This document shows, in pieces, positions 1-18,000 of a DNA stretch of 64,000 nucleotides. Positions within the stretch are counted from its first letter, which is position 1. Each line of letters opens with the position of its first letter. The notes under the pieces are model-generated. The model was not told the origin of the DNA. It was given only the letters and a program-made list of their open reading frames with translations, and made no database searches. Source of the DNA: Bugula neritina. Its lineage: Eukaryota > Animalia > Bryozoa. Made by a program: the position numbers and the translations under genes. The stretch is taken from assembly GCA_964035545.1 (NCBI GenBank), contig CAXIUT010000236.1, forward strand, positions 13,581-77,580, given 5' to 3'.

Positions 1-3000
1 ATAGAGAATATAAACTATATAATATAATAGAGAATATTACTATATAATATAATAGAGAATATAAACTATATAGTATAATAGAGAATATAAACTATATAAT
101 ATAATAGAGAATATAAACTATATAATATAATAGAGAATATATACTATATAATATAATAGAGAATATAAACTATATAATATAATAGAGAATATAAACTATA
201 ATATAATAGAGAATATAAACTATATAATATAATAGATAATATAAACTATATAATATAATAGAGAATATAAACTATATAATATAATAGAGAATATACTATA
301 TAATATATAGAATATACTATAGTATAGAGAATATAAACTATATATATAGATAATATAAACTATATAATATAATAGAGAATATAAACTATATAATATAATA
401 GATAATATAAACTATATAATATAATAGAGAATATAAACTATATAATATAATAGAGAGTATATACTATATAATATAATAGAGAATATAAACTATATAATAT
501 AATAGAGAATATAAACTATATAGTATAATAGAGAATATAAACTATATAATATAATAGAGAGTATAAACTATATAATATAATAGAGAATAAAACTATTAAT
601 ATAATAGAGAATATAAACTATATAATATAATAGAGAATATAAACTATATAATATAATAGAGAGTATAAACTATATAATATAATAGAGATTATAAAACTAT
701 ATAATATAGTAGAGAGTATATACTATATAATATAATAGAATATAAACTATATAATATAATAGAGAATATAAACTATATAATATAATAGAGAGTATAAACT
801 ATATAATATAATAGAGAATATAAACTATATAATATAATAGAGAATATAAACTATATAATATAATTAGAGAATATAAACTATATAATATAATAGAGAATAT
901 AAACTATATAATATAATAGAGGAGTATAAACTATATAATATAATAGAGAATATAAACTATACAATATAATAGAGAGTATATACTATATAATATAATAGAG
1001 AATATAAACTATATAATATAATAGAGAGTATAAACTATATAATATAATAGAGAATATAAACTATATAATATAATAGAGAATATAAACTATATAATATAAT
1101 AGAGAATATAAACTATATAATATAATAGAGAATATAAACTATATAATATAATAGAGAGTATAAACTATATAATATAATAGAGAATATAAACTATACAATA
1201 TAATAGAGAGTATATACTATATAATTATAATAGAGAATATAAACTATATAATATAATAGAGAATATAAACTATATAATATAATAGAGAATATAAACTATA
1301 TAATATAATAGAGAATATAAACTATATAATATAATAGAGAGTATAAACTATATAATATAATAGAGAATATAAACTATATAATATAATAGAGAGTATATAC
1401 TATATAATATAATAGAGAATATAAACTATATAATATAATAGATAATATATTCTCTATTATATTATATATGTTTTATATTCTCTATTATATTATATAGTAT
1501 ATATTATCTATTATATTATATAGTTTATATTCTCTATTATATTATATAGTATATACTCTCTATTATATTATATAGTTTATATTCTCTATTATATTATATA
1601 GTTTATACTCTCTATTATATTATATAGTTTATATTCTCTATTATATTATATAGTTTATATTCTCTATTATATTATATAGTTTATATTCTCTATTATATTA
1701 TATAGTTTATATTCTCTATTATATTATATAGTATATACTCTCTATTATATTGTATAGTTTATATTCTCTATTATATTATATAGTTTATACTCTCTATTAT
1801 ATTATATAGTTTATATTCTCTATTATATTATATAGTTTATATTCTCTATTATATTATATAGTTTATATTCTCTATTATATTATATAGTTTATATTCTCTA
1901 TTATATTATATAGTTTATACTCTCTATTATATTATATAGTTTATATTCTCTATTATATTATATAGTATATACTCTCTATTATATTGTATAGTTTATATTC
2001 TCTATTATATTATATAGTTTATACTCTCTATTATATTATATAGTTTATATTCTCTATTATATTATATAGTTTATATTCTCTATTATATTATATAGTTTAT
2101 ATTCTCTATTATATTATATAGTTTATATTCTCTATTATATTATATAGTTTATACTCTCTATTATATTATATAGTTTATATTCTCTATTATATTATATAGT
2201 TTATATTCTATTATATTATATAGTATATACTCTCTACTATATTATATAGTTTATATTCTCTATTATATTATATAGTTTATACTCTCTATTATATTATATA
2301 GTTTATATTCTCTATTATATTATATAGTTTATATTCTCTATTATATTATATAGTTTATATTCTCTATTATATTATATAGTTTATACTCTCTATTATATTA
2401 TATAGTTTATATTCTCTATTATACTATATAGTTTATATTCTCTATTATATTATATAGTTTATATTCTCTATTATATTATATAGTATATACTCTCTATTAT
2501 ATTATATAGTTTATATTCTCTATTATATTATATAGTTTATATTATCTATTATATTATATAGTTTATATTCTCTATTATATTATATAGTTTATATTATCTA
2601 TTATATTATATAGTTTATATTCTCTATTATACTATATAGTTTATATTCTCTATTATATTATATAGTTTATATTCTCTATTATATTATATAGTTTATATTC
2701 TCTATTATATTATATAGTTTATATTATCTATTATATTATATAGTTTATATTCTCTATTATATTATAGTTTATATTCTCTATTATATTATATAGTTTATAT
2801 TCTCTATTATATTATATAGTATATATTCTCTATTATATTATATAGTTTATATTCTCTATTATATTATATAGTTTATATTCTCTATTATACTATATAGTTT
2901 ATATTCTCTATTATATTATATAGTATATATTCTCTATTATATTATATAGTTTATATTCTCTATTATATTATATAGTATATACTCTCTATTATATTATATA

Positions 3001-6000
3001 GTTTATATTCTCTATTATATTATATAGTTTATATTCTCTATTATATTATATAGTTTATATTCTCTATTATATTATATAGTATATATTATCTATTATATTA
3101 TATAGTTTATATTCTCTATTATATTATAGTTTATATTCTCTATTATATTATATAGTTTATATTCTCTATTATATTATATAGTATATATTCTCTATTATAT
3201 TATATAGTTTATATTCTCTATTATATTATATAGTTTATATTCTCTATTATACTATATAGTATATACTCTCTATTATATTATATAGTTTATATTCTCTATT
3301 ATATTATATAGTATATATTCTCTATTATATTATATAGTTTATATTCTCTATTATATTATATAGTTTATATTCTCTATTATATTATATAGTTTATACTCTC
3401 TATTATATTATATAGTTTATATTCTCTATTATATTATATAGTTTATACTCTCTATTATATTATATAGTTTATATTCTCTATTATATTATATAGTTTATAC
3501 TCTCTATTATATTATATAGTTTATATTCTCTATTATATTATATAGTTTATATTCTCTATTATATTATATAGTTTATATTCTCTATTATATTGTATAGTAT
3601 ATACTCTCTATTATATTATATAGTATATATTCTCTATTATATTATATAGTTTATACTCTCTATTATATTATATAGTTTATATTCTCTATTATATTATATA
3701 GTTTATATTCTCTATTATATTATATAGTATATATTCTCTATTATATTATATAGTTTATATTCTCTATTATATTATATAGTATATATTCTCTATTATATTA
3801 TATAGTTTATATTCTCTATTATATTATATAGTTTATATTCTCTATTATATTGTATAGTTTATATTCTCTATTATATTATATAGTTTATACTCTCTATTAT
3901 ATTATATAGTTTATATTCTCTATTATACTATATAGTTTATATTCTCTATTATATTGTATAGTTTATATTCTCTATTATATTATATAGTTTATATTCTCTA
4001 TTATATTATATAGTTTATACTCTCTATTATATTATGTAGTATATATTCTCTATTATATTATATAGTTTATATTCTCTATTATATTATATAGTTTATACTC
4101 TCTATTATATTATTTAGTTTATATTCTCTATTATATTATATAGTTTATATTCTCTATTATATTATATAGTTTATACTCTCTATTATATTATATAGTTTAT
4201 ATTCTCTATTATATTATATAGTTTATACTCTCTATTATATTATATAGTTTATATTCTCTATTATATTATAGTATATATTCTCTATTATATTGTATAGTTT
4301 ATATTCTCTATTATATTATATAGTATATATTCTCTATTATATTATATAGTTTATATTCTCTATTATATTATATAGTTTATATTCTCTATTATATTATATA
4401 GTTTATATTCTCTATTATATTGTATAGTTTATATTCTCTATTATATTATATAGTTTATACTCTCTATTATATTATATAGTTTATATTCTCTATTATAATA
4501 TATAGTATATATTCTCTATTATATTATATAGTATATACTCTATTATATTATATAGTTTATATTCTCTATTATATTATATAGTTTATATTCTCTATTATAT
4601 TATATAGTTTATATTCTCTATTATATTGTATAGTTTATATTCTCTATTATATTATATAGTTTATACTCTCTATTATATTATATAGTTTATATTCTCTATT
4701 ATATTGTATAGTTTATATTCTCTATTATATTATATAGTTTATATTCTCTATTATATTATATAGTTTATATTCTCTATTATATTATATAGTATACATTCTC
4801 TATTATATTGTATAGTTTATATTCTCTATTATATTATATAGTATATACTCTATTATATTATATAGTTTATATTCTCTATTATATTATATAGTATATATTC
4901 TCTATTATATTGTATAGTTTATATTCTCTATTATATTATACAGTTTATATTCTCTATTATATTATATAGTTTATATTCTCTATTATATTATATAGTTTAT
5001 ACTCTCTATTATATTATATAGTTTATACTCTCTATTATATTATATAGTTTATACTCTCTATTATATTATATAGTTTATATTCTCTATTATATTATATAGT
5101 TTATATTCTCTATTATATTGTATAGTTTATATTCTCTATTATATTATATAGTTTATATTCTCTATTATATTATATAGTTTATATTCTCTATTATATTGTA
5201 TAGTTTATATTCTCTATTATATTATATAGTTTATATTCTCTATTATACTATATAGTTTATATTCTCTATTATATTATATAGTATATACTCTCTATTATAT
5301 TATATAGTTTATACTCTCTATTATATTATATAGTTTATACTCTCTATTATATTATATAGTTTATATTCTCTATTATATTATATAGTATATATTCTCTATT
5401 ATACTATATAGTTTATACTCTCTATTATATTATATAGTTTATATTCTCTATTATATTATATAGTTTATATTCTCTATTATACTATATAGTTTATATTCTC
5501 TATTATATTATATAGTTTATACTCTCTATTATATTATATAGTTTATACTCTCTATTATATTATATAGTTTATACTCTCTATTATATTATATAGTTTATAC
5601 TCTCTATTATATTATATAGTTTATATTCTCTATTATATTGTATAGTTTATATTCTCTATTATATTATATAGTATATATTCTCTATTATATTATATAGTAT
5701 ATATTCTCTATTATATTATATAGTATATATTCTCTATTATATTATATAGTTTATACTCTCTATTATATTATATAGTATGTACTCTCTATTATATTATATA
5801 GTTTATACTCTCTATTATATTATATAGTTTATACTCTCTATTATATTATATAGTTTATATTCTCTATTATATTATATAGTTTATATTCTCTATTATATTA
5901 TATAGTTTATATTCTCTATTATACTATATAGTTTATATTCTCTATTATACTATATAGTTTATACTCTCTATTATATTATATAGTTTATACTCTCTATTAT

Positions 6001-9000
6001 ATTATATAGTTTATATTCTCTATTATATTATATAGTTTATACTCTCTATTATATTATATAGTTTATATTCTCTATTATATTATATAGTTTATATTCTCTA
6101 TTATATTATATAGTTTATATTCTCTATTATATTATATAGTTTATATTCTCTATTATATTATATAGTTTATATTCTCTATTATATTATATAGTTTATATTC
6201 TCTATTATATTATATAGTTTATACTCTCTATTATATTATATAGTTTATATTCTCTATTATATTATATAGTTTATATTCTCTATTATATTATATAGTTTAT
6301 ATTCTCTATTATATTATATAGTTTATATTCTCTATTATATTATATAGTATATACTCTCTATTATACTATATAGTTTATATTCTCTATTATATTATATAGT
6401 TTATATTCTCTATTATATTATATAGTTTATATTCTCTATTATATTATATAGTTTATACTCTCTATTATATTATATAGTTTATATTCTCTATTATATTATA
6501 TAGTTTATATTCTCTATTATATTGTATAGTATATATTCTCTATTATATTATATAGTTTATATTCTCTATTATATTATATTGTATATACTCTATTATATTA
6601 TATAGTTTATATTCTCTATTATATTATATAGTTTATATTCTCTATTATATTATATAGTTTATATTCTCTATTATATTATATAGTTTATATTCTCTATTAT
6701 ATTATATAGTTTATATTCTCTATTATATTATATAGTATATACTCTCTATTATACTATATAGTTTATATTCTCTATTATATTGTATAGTTTATATTCTCTA
6801 TTATATTATATAGTTTATATTCTCTATTATATTATATAGTATATATTCTCTATTATATTATATAGTTTATACTCTCTATTATATTATATAGTTTATATTC
6901 TCTATTATATTATATAGTTTATACTCTCTATTATATTATATAGTTTATATTCTCTATTATATTATATAGTTTATATTCTCTATTATATTATATAGTATAT
7001 ATTCTCTATTATATTATATAGTTTATACTCTCTATTATATTATATAGTTTATATTCTCTATTATATTATATAGTTTATACTCTCTATTATATTATATAGT
7101 TTATATTCTCTATTATACTATATAGTTTATATTCTCTATTATATTATATAGTTTATATTCTCTATTATATTATATAGTTTATACTCTCTATTATATTATA
7201 TAGTTTATATTCTCTATTATATTATATAGTTTATATTCTCTATTATATTGTATAGTATATATTCTCTATTATATTATATAGTTTATATTCTCTATTATAT
7301 TATATTGTATATACTCTATTATATTATATAGTATATACTCTATCATATTATATAGTTTATATTCTCTATTATATTATATAGTTTATATTCTCTATTATAT
7401 TATATAGTTTATATTCTCTATTATATTATATAGTTTATATTCTCTATTATATTATATAGTATATACTCTCTATTATACTATATAGTTTATATTCTCTATT
7501 ATATTGTATAGTTTATATTCTCTATTATATTATATAGTTTATATTCTCTATTATATTATATAGTATATATTCTCTATTATATTATATAGTTTATACTCTC
7601 TATTATATTATATAGTTTATATTCTCTATTATATTATATAGTTTATACTCTCTATTATATTATATAGTTTATATTCTCTATTATACTATATAGTTTATAT
7701 TCTCTATTATATTGTATAGTTTATATTCTCTATTATATTATATAGTTTATATTCTCTATTATATTATATAGTTTATATTCTCTATTATATTATATAGTAT
7801 ATATTCTCTATTATACTATATAGTTTATACTCTCTATTATACTATATAGTTTATACTCTCTATTATATTATATAGTTTATACTCTCTATTATATTATATA
7901 GTTTATACTCTCTATTATATTATATAGTTTATACTCTCTATTATATCATATAGTTTATACTCTCTATTATATTATAGTTTATATTCTCTATTATATTATA
8001 TAGTTTATATTCTCTATTATATTATATAGTTTATACTCTCTATTATACTATATAGTTTATATTCTCTATTATATTATATAGTATACACTCTCTATTATAT
8101 TATATAGTTTATATTCTCTATTATATTATATAGTTTATATTCTCTATTATATTATATAGTATATACTCTCTATTATACTATATAGTTTATATTCTCTATT
8201 ATATTGTATAGTTTATATTCTCTATTATACTATATAGTTTATATTCTCTATTATATTATATAGTTTATATTCTCTATTATATTATATAGTTTATATTCTC
8301 TATTATACTATATAGTTTATATTCTCTATTATACTATATAGTTTATACTCTCTATTATATTATATAGTTTATACTCTCTATTATATTATATAGTTTATAT
8401 TCTCTATTATATTATATAGTTTATATTCTCTATTATATTATATAGTTTATACTCTCTATTATATTATATAGTTTATATTCTCTATTATATTATATAGTTT
8501 ATATTCTCTATTATATTATATAGTTTATATTCTCTATTATATTATATAGTTTATATTCTCTATTATATTATATAGTTTATATTCTCTATTATATTGTATA
8601 ATTTATATTCTCTATTATATTATATAGTTTATATTCTCTATTATATTGTATAGTTTATATTCTCTATTATATTATATAGTTTATATTCTCTATTATATTA
8701 TATAGTTTATATTCTCTATTATATTATATAGTTTATACTCTCTATTATATTATATAGTTTATACTCTCTATTATATTATATAGTATATATTCTCTATTAT
8801 ATTATATAGTTTATATTCTCTATTATATTATATAGTTTATACTCTCTATTATATTATATAGTTTATACTCTCTATTATATTATATAGTTTATATTCTCTA
8901 TTATATTATATAGTTTACTCTCTATTATATTATATAGTTTATATTCTCTATTATATTATATAGTTTATATTCTCTATTATATTATATAGTTTATATTCTA

Positions 9001-12000
9001 TATTATATTATAGTTTATATTCTCTATTATACTATATAGTTTATATTCTCTATTATATTGTATAGTATATATTCTCTATTATATTATATAGTTTATATTC
9101 TCTATTATATTGTATAGTATATACTCTCTATTATATTATATAGTTTATACTCTCTATTATATTATATAGTTTATATTCTCTATTATATTATATAGTATAT
9201 ATTCTCTATTATATTATATAGTTTATATTCTCTATTATATTATATAGTTTATATTCTCTATTATATTATATAGTTTATATTCTCTATTATATTATATAGT
9301 TTATATTCTCTATTATATTATATAGTTTATATTCTCTATTATATTATATAGTATATACTCTCTATTATATTATATAGTTTATATTCTTTATTATATTATA
9401 TAGTTTATATTCTCTATTATATTATATAGTATATATTCTCTATTATATTATATAGTTTATATTCTCTATTATATTATATAGTTTATATTCTCTATTATAT
9501 TATATAGTTTATACTCTCTATTATATTATATAGTTTATACTCTCTATTATATTATATAGTTTATACTCTCTATTATATTATTTAGTTTATATTCTCTATT
9601 ATATTATATAGTTTACTCTCTATTATATTGTATAGTTTATATTCTCTATTATATTATATAGTTTATATTCTCTATTATATTGTATAGTATATATTCTCTA
9701 TTATATTATAGTTTATACTCTCTATTATATTATATAGTTTATATTCTCTATTATATTATATAGTTTATATTCTCTATTATATTATATAGTATATATTCTC
9801 TATTATATTATAGTTTATACTCTCTATTATATTATATAGTTTATATTCTCTATTATATTATATAGTATATACTCTCTATTATATTATATAGTATATATTC
9901 TCTATTATATTGTATAGTTTATACTCTCTATTATATTATATAGTTTATACTCTCTATTATATTATATAGTTTATATTCTCTATTATATTATATAGTTTAT
10001 ATTCTCTATTATATTATATAGTTTATATTCTCTATTATATTATATAGTATATATTCTCTATTATATTATATAGTTTATATTCTCTATTATATTATTTAGT
10101 TTATATTCTCTATTATATTATATAGTTTACTCTCTATTATATTATATAGTTTATATTCTCTATTATATTATATAGTTTATATTCTCTATTATATTATATA
10201 GTATATACTCTCTATTATATTATATAGTTTATACTCTCTATTATATTATTTAGTTTATATTCTCTATTATATTATATAGTTTATATTCTCTATTATATTA
10301 TATAGTTTATATTCTCTATTATATTATATAGTATATACTCTCTATTATATTATATAGTTTATATTCTCTATTATATTATATAGTTTATATTCTCTATTAT
10401 ATTATATAGTTTATATTCTCTATTATATTATATAGTATATACTCTCTATTATATTATATAGTTTATATTCTTTATTATATTATATAGTTTATATTCTCTA
10501 TTATATTATATAGTATATACTCTCTATTATATTATATAGTTTATACTCTCTATTATATTATTTAGTTTATATTCTCTATTATATTATATAGTTTACTCTC
10601 TATTATATTGTATAGTTTATATTCTCTATTATATTATATAGTTTATATTCTCTATTATATTATATAGTTTATATTCTCTATTATATTATATAGTATATAT
10701 TCTCTATTATATTATATAGTTTATATTCTCTATTATATTATATAGTTTATACTCTCTATTATATTATATAGTTTATATTCTATTATATTATATAGTATAT
10801 ACTCTCTATTATATTATATAGTTTATATTCTCTATTATATTATATAGTGTATACTCTCTATTATATTGTATAGTATATATTCTCTATTATATTATAGTTT
10901 ATACTCTCTATTATATTATATAGTTTATATTCTCTATTATATTATATAGTTTATATTCTCTATTATATTATATAGTATATATTCTCTATTATATTATAGT
11001 TTATACTCTCTATTATATTATATAGTTTATATTCTCTATTATATTATATAGTATATACTCTCTATTATATTATATAGTATATATTCTCTATTATATTGTA
11101 TAGTTTATACTCTCTATTATATTATATAGTTTATACTCTCTATTATATTATATAGTTTATATTCTCTATTATATTATATAGTTTATATATTCTATTATAT
11201 TATATAGTTTATATTCTCTATTATATTATATAGTATATATTCTCTATTATATTATATAGTTTATATTCTCTATTATATTATTTAGTTTATATTCTCTATT
11301 ATATTATATAGTTTACTCTCTATTATATTATATAGTTTATATTCTCTATTATATTATATAGTTTATATTCTCTATTATATTATATAGTATATACTCTCTA
11401 TTATATTATATAGTTTATACTCTCTATTATATTATTTAGTTTATATTCTCTATTATATTATATAGTTTACTCTCTATTATATTATATAGTTTATATTCTC
11501 TATTATATTATATAGTTTATATTCTCTATTATATTATATAGTATATATTCTCTATTATATTATATAGTTTATATTCTCTATTATATTATATAGTTTATAT
11601 TCTCTATTATATTATATAGTTTACTCTCTATTATATTATATAGTTTATATTCTCTATTATATTATATAGTTTATATTCTCTATTATATTATATAGTATAT
11701 ATTCTCTATTATATTATAGTTTATATTCTCTATTATACTATATAGTTTATATTCTCTATTATATTGTATAGTATATATTCTCTATTATATTATATAGTTT
11801 ATATTCTCTATTATATTGTATAGTATATACTCTCTATTATATTATATAGTTTATACTCTCTATTATATTATATAGTTTATATTCTCTATTATATTATATA
11901 GTATATACTCTCTATTATATTATATAGTTTATATTCTCTATTATATTATATAGTATATACTCTATTATATTATATAGTTTATATTCTCTATTATATTATA

Positions 12001-15000
12001 TAGTATATATTCTCTATTATATTATATAGTTTATATTCTCTATTATATTATAGTTTATATTCTCTATTATATTATATTGTTTATATTCTCTATTATATTA
12101 TATAGTTTATATTCTCTATTATATTATATAGTTTATATTCTCTATTAAATTATATAGTTTATATTCTCTATTATATTATATAGTATATACTCTCTATTAT
12201 ACTATATAGTTTATATTCTCTATTATATTATATAGTTTATATTCTCTATTATATTATATAGTTTATATTCTCTATTATATTATATAGTTTATATTCTCTA
12301 TTATATTATATAGTTTATATTCTCTATTATATTATATAGTTTATATTCTCTATTATATTATATAGTTTATATTCTCTATTATATTATAGTTTATATTCTC
12401 TATTATATTATATAGTATATATTATCTATTATATTATATAGTTTATATTCTCTATTATATTATATAGTTTATATTCTCTATTATATTATATAGTTTATAT
12501 TCTCTATTATATTATATAGTTTATATTCTCTATTATATTATATAGTTTATATTCTCTATTATATTATATAGTTTATATTCTCTATTATATTATATAGTTT
12601 ATATTCTCTATTATTTTATATAGTTTATATTCTCTATTATATTATATAGTTTATATTCTCTATTATATTATATAGTTTATATTCTCTATTATATTATATA
12701 GTTTATATTCTCTATTATATTATATAGTTTATATTCTCTATTATATTGTATAGTTTATATTCTCTATTATATTATATAGTATATATTATCTATTATATTA
12801 TATAGTTTATATTCTCTATTATATTATATAGTTTATATTCTCTATTATATTATATAGTTTATATTCTCTATTATATTATATAGTATATACTCTCTATTAT
12901 ATTATATAGTTTATATTCTCTATTATATTATATAGTTTATACTCTCTATTATATTATATAGTTTATACTCTCTATTATATTATATAGTTTATATTCTCTA
13001 TTATATTATATAGTTTATATTCTCTATTATATTATATAGTTTATATTCTCTATTATATTGTATAGTTTATATTCTCTATTATATTATATAGTTTATACTC
13101 TCTATTATATCATATAGTTTATATTCTCTATTATATTATATAGTATATACTCTCTATTATATTATATAGTTTATATTCTCTATTATATTATATAGTATAT
13201 ACTCTATTATATTATATAGTTTATATTCTCTATTATATTGTATAGTTTATATTCTCTATTATATTATATAGTTTATACTCTCTATTATATTATATAGTTT
13301 ATATTCTCTATTATATTATATAGTATATACTCTCTATTATATTATATAGTTTATATTCTCTATTATATTATATAGTTTATACTCTCTATTATATTATATA
13401 GTTTATATTCTCTATTATATTATAGTTTATATTCTCTATTATATTATATAGTTTATATTCTCTATTATATTATATAGTATATACTCTCTATTATATTGTA
13501 TAGTTTATATTCTCTATTATATTATATAGTTTATACTCTCTATTATATTATATAGTTTATACTCTCTATTATATTATATAGTTTATACTCTCTATTATAT
13601 TATATAGTTTATACTCTCTATTATATTATATAGTTTATATTCTCTATTATATTATATAGTTTATATTCTCTATTATATTATATAGTTTATATTCTCTATT
13701 ATATTATATAGTGTATATTCTCTATTATATTATATAGTTTATATTCTCTATTATATTATATAGTTTATATTCTCTATTATAATATTATAGTTTATATTCT
13801 CTATTATATTATATAGTTTATATTCTCTATTATAATATTATAGTTTATATTCTCTATTATATTATATAGTTTATATTCTCTATTATATTATATAGTTTAT
13901 ATTCTCTATTATATTATATAGTTTATACTCTCTATTATATTATATAGTTTATACTCTCTATTATATTATATAGTTTATATTCTCTATTATATTATATAGT
14001 TTATATTCTCTATTATATTATATAGTTTATATTCTCTATTATATTGTATAGTTTATATTCTCTATTATATTATATAGTTTATATTCTCTATTATATTATA
14101 TAGTTTATACTCTCTATTATATTATATAGTTTATATTCTCTATTATATTATATAGTTTATATTCTCTATTATATTGTATAGTTTATATTCTCTATTATAT
14201 TATATAGTTTATATTCTCTATTATATTGTATAGTTTATATTCTCTATTATATTATATAGTTTATATTCTCTATTATATTATATAGTTTATACTCTCTATT
14301 ATATTATATAGTTTATACTCTCTATTATATTATATAGTTTATATTCTCTATTATATTATATAGTTTATATTCTCTATTATATTATATAGTTTATATTCTC
14401 TATTATATTATATAGTTTATATTCTCTATTATATTATATAGTATATATTCTCTATTATATTATATAGTTTATATTCTCTATTATATTATATAGTTTATAC
14501 TCTCTATTATATTATATAGTATATACTCTATTATATTATATAGTTTATATTCTCTATTATATTATATAGTTTATACTCTCTATTATATTATATAGTTTAT
14601 ACTCTCTATTATATTATATAGTATATATTCTCTATTATATTGTATAGTTTATACTCTCTATTATATTATATAGTTTATATTCTCTATTATATTATATAGT
14701 TTATATTCTCTATTATATTGTATAGTATATATTCTCTATTATATTATATAGTTTATATTCTCTATTATATTGTATAGTATATATTCTCTATTATATTATA
14801 TAGTTTATATTCTCTATTATATTATATAGTTTATATTCTCTATTATATTATATAGTTTATACTCTCTATTATATTATATAGTATATATTCTCTATTATAT
14901 TATATAGTTTATATTCTCTATTATATTGTATAGTATATATTCTCTATTATATTATATAGTTTATATTCTCTATTATATTATATAGTTTATATTCTCTATT

Positions 15001-18000
15001 ATATTGTATAGTATATATTCTCTATTATATTATATAGTTTATATTCTCTATTATATTGTATAGTATATATTCTCTATTATATTATATAGTTTATATTCTC
15101 TATTATATTATATAGTTTATATTCTCTATTATATTATATAGTATATACTCTATTATATTATATAGTTTATATTCTCTATTATATTATATAGTTTATATTC
15201 TCTATTATATTATATAGTTTATATTCTCTATTATATTATGTAGTTTATATTCTCTATTATATTATATAGTTTATACTCTCTATTATATTATATAGTATAT
15301 ATTCTCTATTATATTGTATAGTTTATACTCTCTATTATATTATATAGTTTATATTCTCTATTATATTATATAGTTTATATTCTCTATTATATTGTATAGT
15401 ATATATTCTCTATTATATTATATAGTTTATATTCTCTATTATATTATATAGTTTATACTCTCTATTATATTATATAGTATATATTCTCTATTATATTGTA
15501 TAGTTTATACTCTCTATTATATTATATAGTTTATATTCTCTATTATATTATATAGTTTATATTCTCTATTATATTGTATAGTATATATTCTCTATTATAT
15601 TATATAGTTTATATTCTCTATTATATTGTATAGTATATATTCTCTATTATATTATATAGTTTATATTCTCTATTATATTATATAGTTTATATTCTCTATT
15701 ATATTATATAGTTTATACTCTCTATTATATTATATAGTATATATTCTCTATTATATTATAGTTTATATTCTCTATTATATTATATGGTTTATATTCTCTA
15801 TTATATTATATAGTTTATATTCTCTATTATATTATATAGTTTATATTCTCTATTATATTATATAGTTTATATTCTCTATTATATTATATAGTTTATACTC
15901 TCTATTATATTATATAGTATATATTCTCTATTATATTGTATAGTTTATACTCTCTATTATATTATATAGTATATATTCTCTATTATATTGTATAGTTTAT
16001 ATTCTCTATTATATTATATAGTTTATATTCTCTATTATATTATATAGTTTATACTCTCTATTATATTATATAGTATATATTCTCTATTATATTGTATAGT
16101 TTATACTCTCTATTATATTATATAGTTTATATTCTCTATTATATTATATAGTTTATATTCTCTATTATATTGTATAGTATATATTCTCTATTATATTATA
16201 TAGTTTATATTCTCTATTATATTATATAGTTTATATTCTCTATTATATTATATAGTTTATACTCTCTATTATATTATATAGTTTATATTCTCTATTATAT
16301 TATATAGTTTATATTCTCTATTATATTATATAGTTTATACTCTCTATTATATTATATAGTATATATTCTCTATTATATTATAGTTTATATTCTCTATTAT
16401 ATTATATGGTTTATATTCTCTATTATATTATATAGTTTATATTCTCTATTATATTATATAGTTTATATTCTCTATTATATTATATAGTTTATATTCTCTA
16501 TTATATTATATAGTTTATACTCTCTATTATATTATATAGTATATATTCTCTATTATATTGTATAGTTTATACTCTCTATTATATTATATAGTATATATTC
16601 TCTATTATATTGTATAGTTTATATTCTCTATTATATTATATAGTTTATATTCTCTATTATATTATATAGTTTATACTCTCTATTATATTATATAGTATAT
16701 ATTCTCTATTATATTGTATAGTTTATACTCTCTATTATATTATATAGTTTATATTCTCTATTATATTATATAGTTTATATTCTCTATTATATTGTATAGT
16801 ATATATTCTCTATTATATTATATAGTTTATATTCTCTATTATATTGTATAGTATATATTCTCTATTATATTATATAGTTTATATTCTCTATTATATTGTA
16901 TAGTATATATTCTCTATTATATTATATAGTTTATACTCTCTATTATATTATATAGTTTACTCTCTATTATATTATATAGTTTATACTCTCTATTATATTA
17001 TATAGTTTATATTCTCTATTATATTATATAGTTTATACTCTCTATTATATTATATAGTTTATATTCTCTATTATATTATATAGTTTATATTCTCTATTAT
17101 ATTATATAGTTTATATTCTCTATTATATTATATAGTATATATTCTCTATTATATTATATAGTTTATATTCTCTATTATATTGTATAGTTTATATTCTCTA
17201 TTATATTATATAGTTTATACTCTCTATTATATTATATAGTATATATTCTCTATTATATTATATAGTTTATACTCTCTATTATATTATATAGTTTATACTC
17301 TCTATTATATTATATAGTTTATACTCTCTATTATATTATATAGTATATATTCTCTATTATATTGTATAGTTTATACTCTCTATTATATTATATAGTTTAT
17401 ATTCTCTATTATATTATATAGTTTATATTCTCTATTATATTGTATAGTATATATTCTCTATTATATTATATAGTTTATATTCTCTATTATATTGTATAGT
17501 ATATATTCTCTATTATATTATATAGTTTATATTCTCTATTATATTATATAGTTTATATTCTCTATTATATTATATAGTTTATACTCTCTATTATATTATA
17601 TAGTTTATATTCTCTATTATATTATATAGTTTATACTCTCTATTATATTATATAGTATATATTCTCTATTATATTATATAGTTTATATTCTCTATTATAT
17701 TATATAGTTTATATTCTCTATTATATTATATAGTATATATTCTCTATTATATTATATAGTTTATATTCTCTATTATATTATATAGTTTATATTCTCTATT
17801 ATATTATATAGTATATATTCTCTATTATATTATATAGTTTATATTCTCTATTATATTATATAGTTTATATTCTCTATTATATTATATAGTATATATTCTC
17901 TATTATATTATATAGTTTATATTCTCTATTATATTATATAGTTTATACTCTCTATTATATTATATAGTATATACTCTATTATATTATATAGTTTATATTC

